A DNA stretch of 56,325 bases, the filler included, from Catajapyx aquilonaris (taxonomy: Eukaryota), in the NCBI GenBank assembly GCA_000934665.2. It is 3 parts of 3 records of this genome, joined end to end, with 100 filler letters (N's around TTAATTAATTAA, not from the genome) between each part and the next. Parts side by side here need not be neighbours in the genome. Positions count along the whole stretch, not along the records: positions 1 to 18,697 come from KZ539568.1; 2 more parts are not named here. One strand, given 5' to 3'. A program made the position numbers and the translations under genes. The notes beneath the pieces were generated by a model, which was not told where the DNA came from, searched no databases, and was given only the letters and a program-made list of their open reading frames with translations. This document shows positions 1-12,200 of this stretch, in pieces; the stretch's first letter is position 1, and each line of letters starts with the position of its first letter.

Positions 1-9
1 AAAAAACTC

Positions 10-461
10 ACTCACTCGAAAATGGCTTCTCTTCTCTCTGGGCCTCTCGACCGGAAATAGCCAAGCAGCTGCTAATACCGGAACGCTATAAGCTGCTGAT
101 GACGGCACGGGCCCAGATTGTGCCGAGATATGCCGAAATATGCCAGTGTATGCACCAATCCGGCACCAATCGGTTACATAAAGAGGTACACAACGGGTAC
201 AGTGTGCGTACAACTTATGCTAACTTCATAATACGCATGGTATAGGAGTAAGCTGCTACTTTTTGACAATCGCTACTTTCTTCTGTGACGTAGCCATGTG
301 ATGGCGGTGTTGCCATATTTTCGGAGATCGATTTGGGCTGGCATTTAATTGATAAGAGTTGGGATATAAAAAGAGAATGATTTTGGCGGGAAATAGTCGC
401 CAATTGTGTCGCGGCGCTGTACTGATGCGGAACTATACGACGACTGTTTGCTGCTGTAAGT
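10..461. promoter_or_regulatory. Probable bidirectional promoter with non-coding first exon of TTC14 (+) and of a divergent gene (-)
   Basis: TATAAAA at 365-371, E2F-like TTTTGGCGGGAAA at 381-393, CCGGAA (ETS-like) motifs and a + strand donor GTAAGT at 456. On the minus strand, GCCATTTT (YY1-like) is followed by donor GTGAGT at 15-10. Confidence 0.45.
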
Positions 462-1562
462 AGGGCGATTTTTTTTAAATTGGGAAAATTATAGTTGCAT
501 GCTTTGATTCTTATCAGATTGACATTTTGTGGGTGACAGCGCGTGTAATTTAATATTGGTGGAGGAGTATTAAAAATGACGTTTTGGTTTTAATTGCTGT
601 AAAATAATACCAGGCGATGAGGTTTGTGATTTGCGGACTGTCATTTTCCTTATCATTAAAGACATGCGAACGTTCAGCAGACGACGTTCACGAATATCTG
701 CTGTAGTCGACGTTCTGAAAACGTTCACTGTTCAATACCGATGGTTCGTACGTAATTTAACGTGCAAACGACATGGCACTGTAAATTGCTCATTTGTACC
801 TGTAAAAATTATTTTCCTACCGGAACCGATATATGCAAAGGGTAAGTGTTATGAAATTATTAATTATTGAATACATTTTTTTTGCTAAATATTCCATGAT
901 GTAAACATTGTAAAGTATGGTCGCTCACACAGGCTTTGCTATCACTGACACATCGGCGACACGTCAATATATAGTTACATGCAAACACCATCGGCAAGCC
1001 CGGCAAGCAAACAATTATTTTTTAATGTAAGGCCATTATACTGCAGGTAGCCTGCATGGAGTAATATCCACAGCTGACACCGCATAATTGCCCTGCAATT
1101 AAATTTGCATGGCATATAAGGCGCACGTATTCGCCAAATTTCCAGTATACACCTGCGTGAATATTTCCGTGCATGCGACACAAGTCGTGTACTGTACAGT
1201 AGGTTACATCTTTCCCCAAGCAAATCGACATGCGGCATGAACCACCCACCCACTTGATTGACATCCATAAAAATTCCACGCTCTATCTGCGCACGTACTG
1301 TACATTTGCCAACCCCGCCATCGTTGCCACATCAATCAATATCGATCAAACACCCTACATCCCCCCCATGTTCAAATCCCCTCCCATTCTAATAATAACC
1401 CACCCATTTTAATAATCACCCCTCACAAAATTTGCGCTCTCAACAATTCGTGATTACGAAAGCGCGCACATTGTGACGTCATTCGACCGTATTTTTCGAT
1501 ACGGTACGGCGCTAAGACTTAGTCCTTCTGAAGCCCCGCCCCCTTTTTGTTCATCCCCCCCC

Positions 1563-1823
1563 NNNNNNNNNNNNNNNNNNNNNNNNNNNNNNNNNNNNNN
1601 NNNNNNNNNNNNNNNNNNNNNNNNNNNNNNNNNNNNNNNNNNNNNNNNNNNNNNNNNNNNNNNNNNNNNNNNNNNNNNNNNNNNNNNNNNNNNNNNNNNN
1701 NNNNNNNNNNNNNNNNNNNNNNNNNNNNNNNNNNNNNNNNNNNNNNNNNNNNNNNNNNNNNNNNNNNNNNNNNNNNNNNNNNNNNNNNNNNNNNNNNNNN
1801 NNNNNNNNNNNNNNNNNNNNNNN
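1563..1823. other. Assembly gap flanked by poly-C and poly-G runs
   Basis: N run between C and G homopolymers. Confidence 0.95.
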
Positions 1824-3249
1824 GGGGGGGGGGGGGGGGGGGATTGGGTGGGTTTGATGGTACAGGAGGAGTCAAAAAGTGGTGGTTATGACTCATGAGA
1901 TGTACAGGGTGGGTTATTGCAGTGCTTGGATACATTGTATGGAGGGTGGGGGATGTGTGGATAGGGCAGGTGGACACCCGGTAGTTGGGGGTGGGATGAA
2001 CATTTTGACTTAGTTTGTATTGTATTAAAAAAAAGTGCTGGCCTTGAGCCAACCTTTTGTGGGCTGTGAGGCTGTTGTTGGGCGACTGGGCTTTTTATGG
2101 GACGTTTCCTCAGGTATGGGGGATGAGGAGGAGACTGGAGGACATGGCATGGGGGGGTTGGGGGCAATGTCATACTGAAGGACTGGTTCGGGGAACCGAT
2201 GCTGCGTTGCTTAGGAGGGGGGGGAAATATATTTGGAAAAAGAAGGGTGTTGTTGACAACTAACATTGTTGAGGAAATTTTGTTCCATTAGTGGCAACAA
2301 TTGAAGTAAGTTCAGGCTGAGATAATTTGGGTCGTGGAATGTAGGTGATTTATTTGGAATGGGACTAGACGTGTTCCAAAGAAGTGATTCGAGTTCTGTT
2401 TCAAAGAGAGAAGATAAGCCTAGAAGTCCTATTAACTCACAGTATTTCCCAACCGAGGTCCCTTAATTGTTATCTTTGGTCACTTGCGCTTTCAAGTGTT
2501 ACGTTGGATAGCACATGCTGCTGTTGATAGTGCGGGTTGATATGAATTGTTGTTATAGGCTCGCTGTCCTGTGTTATCAGTTTTGTCAATTTCACTGACC
2601 TGATGGAACTTTCGCTGTTTGTAGTTGGACATTTCCTGCCATGTGCATGCTGGCAAAGTTTCAAGTGACATGTTTGTCATATTAGTGTTTGTGAATGTAT
2701 TGTAAGGGTGTGACCATAACATACACTGTCACGAACGAAATGGGGTTGGACAGTAGTTGTTGGGAGTTATATATGACACTGTTCCAATGCCATAGTTTGG
2801 TGAAGTACATCAATATTACGTCCACTAGACTAGTCTATACTTGCCTTGGACCACAGACATTGCCAGTTTTACATTGAACTTGTATGACCTAATCCAGTTT
2901 GTAAAGTAAGATGCTATTGGGCTCCAGTTACTAGGGAATGTGTTCATAATAATAGCTGATTAGAGGGGGAAAGAGAGCAAAGCTAAGGCCACGAACTAAC
3001 TTGTAAGTGCAGCAGATATGGTAGCAGATAAGATTGGCAGGCATCTGCCACTCTTTGCAAGGCTTTTTCTGCTTTTGACGTGGCAATGGAGATTATCTTG
3101 ACACAGTTTCTCTTCCATCTGCAGGAGTAGCAACGCCAGTGTTTTCTGTTCCTGGGATTGGAAAAAGTGCAAACTGAGACTCTAGTTGTGGACAGGTGCA
3201 CACAAAGCCAGGAGCATAAGAAGCGAGGAGTACAAGTAGCTGGGCAGCC

Positions 3250-6200
3250 ATGGATGCCCAGTTGGTAGCTCAGTCGTTGAATTTTCATGGGCAGCAGCTC
3301 AGCAAGATCTGGGAAGCCGAGAAAGGCGAGGATGACTTGCAAAAGGTGAATCTGAAGAACGTGGATTACCATCTGTATCACCAGCGCTCCAAGGAACTGA
3401 GGTAAATCAGGCTTGTAGAAACTTCATCCGTTGCATGTCCTCCCCTTCCTGTACTCAGCCTTTGCAGACAGACATTGAGAACTTTGCGCAGCTTTTTTTG
3501 TTTTTGATGTTTTTGAATGACATGACCTCTGAGGCCACGTATCTCTTGCGTTTGTAGCTTCCAGGATCGGACAAAGCGACTGAAGCTTCATCAGTTCATA
3601 GCCAAGAAGTCTGAGATGCTGTTTCGCCCAGTGCCAGAGGAAATCGGTTCCAAGAAAGGAATTGCCATTGGGGAGGAGGGTGAGCCAAACTACCTTCAGC
3701 ATTTGCTGCTCTAGCACCATTACAAAAAAAAAAAAAAAATCTCTTAATGACTGCAGTTCAGCAGAGGGGATGGGTAGGACATTAAACCTAACCTCTGTGG
3801 ACTAGGACCCTTTTTATGCTTTTCTTTTGTGGGTTTATGAGAAGGGTACAATTTTGTACATGTGCATTGATATCAGGACTAGCATACATGAATTGACCTG
3901 TTTAAAACTATTTTATTATGTTGACGGAAGGGAAACACATTGGCCATATTATGGTGGCAACCTTTTGAGGAATTAGTAAATTGAGAACCAGTGTGTGGGA
4001 TTCTGTTAGCTCCGCATGGGCATTAAGGGAAGTGTTTAGATCAGACACGAAGCATTGACTAATGAAGCGCTGCAAATAAGAATCACTAGGCATGTAATAC
4101 TGGAAGTGCAGGCAAGTGATATTTTGTTAAATAACGAGTTAAATCATCAAGCTGTGCAGAGGTCCCATTGCTAATGCAAAACTTTCACAGAACATCCCAA
4201 AAAAATGTCACTCTTTTTGTCCAGGTTGTGACCACTTCATTCCTGATACTATGGCCAGTTGTTTTCATATTAACTTAAGTGATGGATAGCTTTTTCTTGT
4301 GTGGGAATTTTTCTGTGCCCATTCCCATGTCCTTGTGCATTTTGTGTGATCCACATTCTTGCCAATGATCACATTCCTCTGCTTCCTAGATCCTCCTGTT
4401 TTTAAATCATCCCTGTTGTTGTCTTAACTTGTAATTTTTGCACTCTCCATATGACAATAAGAATTATAGGAATTGTCGTCTGACTGTCTGATGTTTGTGC
4501 AGGCTATCGGCCAGAGATAGAGCCACAAAACACAATTTGGGCGAAGTGAAAGAATATGCCTGTAGCTGCACAAAACCCAGTATGTGGGGAATCACAAAGA
4601 CAATGAGAGAGTCTTTGAGTCACAGAACCGGGAGCCATTTAAATACAGTTGATGATGTATGTTGAGAGCAAGGAAAGATACACAAAATGGCATTCACATC
4701 AAACATGGAAAAGGAATAATTTTATATCGGATATGTGGTGAAGCCAAGGTATGTCGTAGACTTTGGAATGTTAGTGTAATGGGAAGTATTCTTTTCCAGT
4801 GGGAGTACCTGGTGGAGAGGTAACAGGAAATGTGTAGCCATATTGAAATGGTACCAAAGATGTTGTCCACACATGCTTGAAATTTGCCAATTTGTCTTCA
4901 GTGTTCCTTCTGTAAATGTTTATTGAACATTTCACTTTTTTTGGCTGCAACAGTCATCACTTCCCTGAATGTTAGGTGAAGGTTCTCCTGCAGACCTTAC
5001 AGCTTCAATTTTGTGCTGCAATGTAAATGTAATTATTTTAACTGATATTGCGTGAAAGTTTTTAGCAGAACATCAATTCACCACAGGTGTATAATGTATT
5101 TAAACTAGCAAATTAACTGCTGCTGTCTTACTGTGAGTTTGTGTTGAGTGTTGTTGCTTCAACAACTGAGCATACGGGACTTGAACTGTCCAGTGTAACT
5201 TTTCAAGCATGCTGTGTCAGGCGAATGATTATGACTATGGGAATTGCAGTGTTATGTAATGCAGTGGAAATTGCTGTGGTGATTTCATTGATTAGGAACT
5301 ACCCAATGCAGTATTTCAATGGCTGTTCTGTCTTACAGATCATTATGCAGTGTTGCCTCCATATGAAGCATTCCTTCAGGTGGATAAGGCTGAGAGGAAG
5401 AAGAGTTTCTTTCAGGTAGAGCTGCATGTCTTCACATAAGTTTTGTTACTTGCCCAAGGGGTGATTAGAAACTTGTAATGTACTATTCAGAGGGTTATTT
5501 TTCAAGTGTTTACTATTGCAAGGGTCTCCCACTTAAGTTGTTTATACAGGGTGTTCCAGAGTTGACGACTCACTCTTTGAAACGCAATTACTTTCGAACG
5601 GAATAACATATTTATTTAATGTACGTACCAAAACATCAAGGAAATACTAACTTAAGACCTGTTCTCCATGGTATGGTCAACCACCCCCCCTTCCCCGTCA
5701 ATGCAGGCCTGCAATCGCAAGGCGACGTTGTCGCACACCTTTCGACAGAAGTCAACAGGAATCGCGTTGAATTCCTGTGTGATTATGTCACGCAGATGCT
5801 CCAAGGAGCCCATTCGATGGTGGTAAACTTTTTCCTTCAGATAACCCCACAGGCATCGGACTGATTTTGCTTTTGCTGGAGAACTTTCCAGTGCATCTCG
5901 GATGCGCTGTTTGTTTTCTGCATTCACAACTGTTCTCCCTTTGCCGGGTTTCTTTTGATCCAAGACACTTCCAGTTTCATCAAACCGTTGGTTTATCCTC
6001 GCAACAGTTTTTCAGGTAGGAGCCAGTCCACCGAAAAGGTTTGCCATTTGACGGCACACTTCTGTAACATTTTTTGTCACTGAATACAGTCGAACACACT
6101 GGACACGTTTCTCTAATGACAGTCTTGCTTCGACCTTTTTTGTTGCAAGACCTGAGCATTGCTTAGTACTGTCACCTACATGGAAGATTTTCGCAACCTC

Positions 6201-9200
6201 CCTTGATGTTTTGGTACGTACTTTAAATAAATATGTTGTTCCGTTCGAAAGTAATTGCGTTTCAAAGAGTGAGTCGTTAACTCTGGAACACCCTGTATTA
6301 TAATAATGGAATGTTCTTGTTAAGGATGTAGCAGGTATGATTGCCTCAGTGAAGCTTTTTGTTGGCTTTAAGGCCCATTTACACAGTCACTTTTCTAACG
6401 TAAGTAGGAACAGTCAACCAATCAGAATGCTCCTCGCTGCTAGGAAGTAGCAGTGGGGAGAATTTTGCCTGGCAGCAAAAAATTATTTGATGGGCTGTAA
6501 GGACTGCATGATTTATACTGTAAGTAGGTTGGCTGAATAATATACGGAGATCCTTGCTATTTTAGAATTGAGAGGGGGTTCGTAGCAAGCTTTCACTTGT
6601 ATAGATTATGGTAATTTTCATACAAGGATGTCTTCCATTTCAGAATATGAATTCAGGAATTTTAAGTTCTTTGCAAAGAGGACAATTGGAACGAATGTGT
6701 AAAAAAAATATGGCTGCTGATTGCACTTGTATTTGTTGTTCATTTCTTAACCTTTGTAAGGCGAAGGATAATAGGTATGAGGTGTTTATTTATTGCATTG
6801 TCAGATGGACAGTAAAGAATAATTGGCACTCTTCTAATTGCTTCCAAATTGCACTACTAAAGATGAAAGCAGGTGTCTTAACAGCTTATTGATCACCATA
6901 TCATTGAAAATAATTTTTATAGGCATTGTAGTGGACACATTTGTTTCTTTAAGAGTACTACTACAGCTTTGTTTCTTTTTTCTATGTCCTCCTGCCTCTA
7001 AAATCATAACAGACTCTAGAAGTTGGTGACATCGTTATTGGCAGCCTTTTGAGCAAGCAGGTGCCAGGAATCAGCATCCGTTTGATCTGCTTTGATTGTG
7101 GGAAGTCACGAGCAATTGCAGACCTGAACATCAGAGTATGTATTATTTATATTGATTCCAGCTGATTTGCTAATGTTCTTTCTAACAAAAATTTCCTTAT
7201 CAGGGCTTCTGTCCAGCAAGTCATATGATCCCAGCCAACAGCAAGAAGGAATCGACTCGCACGTACATGACCAATGATGTTGTTCGCTGTGAAGTGCTAG
7301 AGGTGCACCAAGAATCTGAAAAAATTGTCCTTGGCATGAAAGGTGTGACCGTGCCATCAGAGATACAGATCAAGTTCGGTCTCATGTCAAAGGAGGAATA
7401 TCCCATGGCACACAAGTGAGTTCTTCGGTTAATAAAGCTTCCGAGACCGTAATATTGGTCTTGTTCCTGAGACACTCACTGTCAAGACCTGATCTTGAAG
7501 CCAATCTTGACAGCCAAGAGCTCAAGAGGTCGGACATTCCAGCACAAACATATTAGATTCATCATGATGCACCTAAGATTTTTTTTCCTATTTACTTGGG
7601 GATTCACCCTAGATTATATTGGTAGTTCAACTCCTTGAAGGAGCTTTTCTGCGGGGATATTTCTGGGGTATAGCCAACATTAGTTGCCAATTTGGAAATT
7701 TTAGGCAAGCCAAAGTAAAATTAATTGACACTGTAAAGGGGAAGTTATGTGGCAAAAAAAACACGCGAATTTTACAAACAATTTGTTCATTTCATTAGTG
7801 CCAATTTTTAAAATTGTGATTGCTCCAGATGTAATTAGTGTTTTCTCTCTTCAGGAAAATGCAGGACATGACTAAAGATGATACTTTTGAGAAGGTGCTG
7901 GAGAAGAGTCTGGGTTTCAGCAATCCAAACAACACAAGCCACTTGGCTGCCAGTATGGGATTGCAGAACAAGAAGCAATCAACACACTCGATGATGATGG
8001 GATTGAGGTGAGTTTCATTTGTATTGCTGCTTAGGTTTGTGTTGAGCACTTCATAAATGGCTTCTCATGTTATAGTAGGAGAGGGAAAGGGAGATGTGCC
8101 GTTTGTGAGAGTTTTGTAATACATTTTCCATTAACATTCTTGGATCTGATTTAGGGGCGACTTTCCTAAGAACGACATGGCTGCTGAGCTGCGTCAGGCA
8201 CAGTCAACCAAGTGGGCCTTCAGTGGTGTGGCAGAAGGCATCAAGCACTACAAAGCAGGGAACTTCACTGAGGCATTCCAGTGCCTCAACAGGGCCCTCA
8301 ACATTGACCCCAAGAATGTGGAAGGATTGGTGGCTCGAGGAGCACTGTGAGTTACTTTTTGTTCTACTTGTAGTGGCAGGGGTGGGACGTAGGATCTATT
8401 AGGCACCAAGCCTGGCAAATCTGGAGGACCTGACAAAGCACAACACTCACATTTCCTCTTGTGTAAAAATTTGGTTGAGGGATGAGACCAAAGGACTAGA
8501 GATCAGGACAAGGATGCCCGTGGTTAGGGATTTGTTGATGACAATATGTTTTGCAATTTTCAGCTATGCCAATAGTGGAAGCTACGAGAAGGCAATTGAT
8601 GACTTTGAACAAGCCTTGCAGATAAATTCTGCACACCAGAATGCCCGGAAGTACCTAGCGGAGACACTCGTTGCATATGGGAAGCAGTAAGTGCCTGGCA
8701 TTTTATTTGGTAATATTGCAGGGGCATGTTGCATAATTTATTTTGTCATGTAGAAGCCCTGCCCTCCTCACCAACACTGGGTTTGTTACTATCGTGACTT
8801 CATTTCCAGGAGGTTATGGTCACTATCATGACCTCCTTTGAGAAGAAAAGCTGCAAATCCCTGACCCAGATACATTTTGAGCATCACTGGTTGCAATGAG
8901 AGATAATTATTTTGAGACTCCATGGTGGGAAAGTGTGTGTGAAAGGCAGAGAAGGATGCAAAAAAAAGCTAGGGCACAAAAAGATAGGACAGTAAGCAAC
9001 CAGATGCAAGCTGCTACTAATGCAGGGTTCTGTTCTGGTTTGACTTGACCTATTGCATTTTGAGTGAAAGAAGTGAGCTGACTGGCGGCATGCATTCATA
9101 ATTTCTCTGTCATCTGCAGCCTGGAAGAAGACAACAAGTATAGCGAGGCTCTGAATGCCTATGAACGCTGCTTGAAGACTGTTCCAGACCACTCAGAGGC

Positions 9201-12200
9201 CCGTGAGGCCCTGCAGGCTTCCAGTGCCAAGATTGGTGGAGGGGAGGGCGGGAAGGTGGAGATGAGTGAAACTCTGAAGAAATTTCTTCAGGAGGATGCC
9301 GAGAAAAAAAGGAGGAAGGAGAAGAAACGCCGCAAGAAGAGGCGCTATTCCAGCACCACCAGCTCCTCTTCCTCCTCTTCAAGCACGGGGACATCCTCCA
9401 AGAGCACCTCCACGCAGAGAAGCAGTTCAGCTTCTCCAGCAAGGACTGACAAGAAGAAGAAGAAGTAATGATCTTTAAGCTTGATTGCTTCGGGATATTT
9501 TAGCAATAACTTGGCTGGTATAAATTCAAACAGTTGCATGTCTAAGGAGTACCTCATCAAAGGATTTTTTTGATGAAAGAAAATAAAGACACTTCAATGC
9601 ATGAATCGAGCCATCCAGCCATAGTGGACTGTTATTTACATTATTATGATTTTTAAAATTGCAAACAAAACTCAAGTTGTAAACAGGTGTATTTATAGCA
9701 AAACATTCACTCGCAAGGTGGTTTAGCCACACATTCAGGTAGTGGCCAAGTAGTTAACCCTCCACATTCTCACCCCACTGGTCTAGGAACAAGCAGCCGC
9801 ATCCAGAGGAGAAGCAGCAGCAGCAGCAACAGCAGCAGCAGCCTTCTCTCCAACGGGAGACGTCACTGTCTCCATTCAGTAAGCGTATGATGATGGTGGA
9901 GGGCCAGCAGAACCCTCAGGACCCAGGATTGCTAGAGAGCGGCAGCAGCAACAGTCGCAGCCAATGGGAACAGCAGAATCCCCCAGCTGCCCCTGCAACT
10001 GTCCCTCCTCCCCCTCCTGCCCAACCTGCTCAGCCATTGCCTCCCCCTGCCTTACCAACTGCATTGCCTGCCAACCCCCCTCAGATGGTTCCTCCCCCAC
10101 CCACTGCTGCAGCTTACGTTGGATACCCTGGTGTTGCAAGTGGCCCCTACGTTGCTGCAGCAGCTGCTGCTGTTGCTGCTGGAGAGGTTGTGCCACCTGC
10201 CTTTGCTTACCCATATCCAGGACGTAAGTATAAATGATAATTCATTCTGGTTAATTAAAATTGGATGATTGAGGGAATAATGGTGGGGTCAAAAACCATT
10301 CCAAAGAGCTCGACTAATGATGCTCTTATTCTTACAGGTCACTATGAGATCCCGCCACCATCATTTGGTGCCCATCCTCCTCCATATGGTAGGTCTAGAT
10401 AAGGTGACTGAGGAGGTGTTACGTATCAAGGTTTTTTAAAAAAACTGTTGTCTTTGCAGGATACCCACCTCCTGGTCAGAAGTATGACCCTGAGGTGGCA
10501 GACTACGAGGAGAAAGTGAGGCGCTTCCTGGACCAGACCAGGGGTGATTCTGAGTATGAGGAGAAGGTCAGACGTTTCTTGGAGGAAATTGCACAGGGGT
10601 AAGGCACTTGGAGCATTGAAGTTGGGATGAGACAAAGACAGGTAGCATTAGAGATGCTAAAACTGTGTGCCTTTTGCAGGAAGAAGGAATCAAAGGAAAA
10701 GAAGAAGAGCCACGACAAGGATTCCAAGAAGAAGAAGAAAGAGAAGAGGAAGAAGCAAAAGGCCAAAGGTGAGGTATCATGTATTTTACTGTGAACAAAG
10801 TTGCATTACATTTGTACTTTATTTATTATTTTCTGTGGGAATTGTGTGAAGTTGTACAATTTGATGGTAACATTTTTGTTGATGATGGTCTTCTAGAAAA
10901 GAAAAAGAAAGAGGAGAAAAAGAAGAAGGACAAGGGTCGAGACAGATCCAAGGGCAAGGCCAAAGAGTCCTCCTCCAGCTCGTCCGATTCTGAGGATGAC
11001 TCGCAGAAGAGTGGGCGCAAAGGGAAACATGACAAAAAGAGGGCACTTGTGTAAGTTATCTTACGAGGGGTTAATGTAAGATTAATTTTTACTTAATTTG
11101 ATTTTGACAAATATATGTTGGTTCCCACAGCCTCCCAGACTTGCCAGATCTGGATGACCTGCAAGCGCAGTTGACTGCTTATTATGCAAAAGTTGACAAG
11201 GACAAATCTATGTCGAAAAGGTGAGACCTTTGGTTTTGATCATGGTTATGGGAAGCATGTACTTTGCTTAATTATTTTTGTGGGGAGAGGTTCCAGGTGC
11301 ACTATGATTTAGGTCATCATGTGTTGAATGCACTATATTTTTTCTATGCGTCTTCCATAGCAAATCAGTATGAAACTGGCCTGGAGAAAAAGTACTGAAG
11401 CGAAAATGACAGAAAGGCATTGTTTACAGAGACAAATATTTACAAATGCGTTTTGCGCTTTGTTAAGGCCCGCATTTTGCAAACAGGCTCTAAACAGTTT
11501 CTCCCCATTCCCTGGGAGAATCTTCCTAAAGAGAGAGATTATTTGCTGGTGATTTTGGTAAGCATTCCTTGGGGTAAGAACAAATAACATTGGTGCGAGT
11601 TTTGTGGCATGTTAATTATTTCGTTGTACAAAACCGATGTTGAGCAGGAAATGTGTTACTTTGTGTGTCTTACATGTCCTTTTTTTCCACAACAGGAAAG
11701 AGCAGGAAGATAAAAATATATTAACAGAGGATTATTTAAGAGATTAATGCACTGGAAAACTTGGCAATTTTGTTGTGTTGAGAGGGACAAGGAAAAGACA
11801 CTATGAGTTAATGCAATACCCAAAAATGTTACCTATAGGGAGAGCTTAAAGGAGAGGATGCAAGCCAGTGACAGCGAGATGGACATGGACATTGACACGA
11901 AGAAGCACATGTCCGAGGAGAAGGAGTACTCTAAGTACAAGGGGAAGAAGAAAGATCGGACATACTCTTCCGGTGACAGGTGGGTTATTTGAATTGCACT
12001 TTATCGTACGATACGCAATTTATTGAGAAAATATGGTACATAAGAGCACAGGTGTGTTCATGTGCCTGAGACCAACTGTCAATTTGCAATCGTCGTGGCT
12101 TAGTTGGTGCTCAAGTTAAAAAGATTCATAATTAGAACTTAATGGAATTGATATCATTGATAAAAATGAGAACACCCTGAGATATTTTTAGCAGTCCATG

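Noticed and set aside
1473..2266. ORFs spanning the first N gap and G-rich flank
   Set aside because: Artefacts of Ns and homopolymers; no coding signal.
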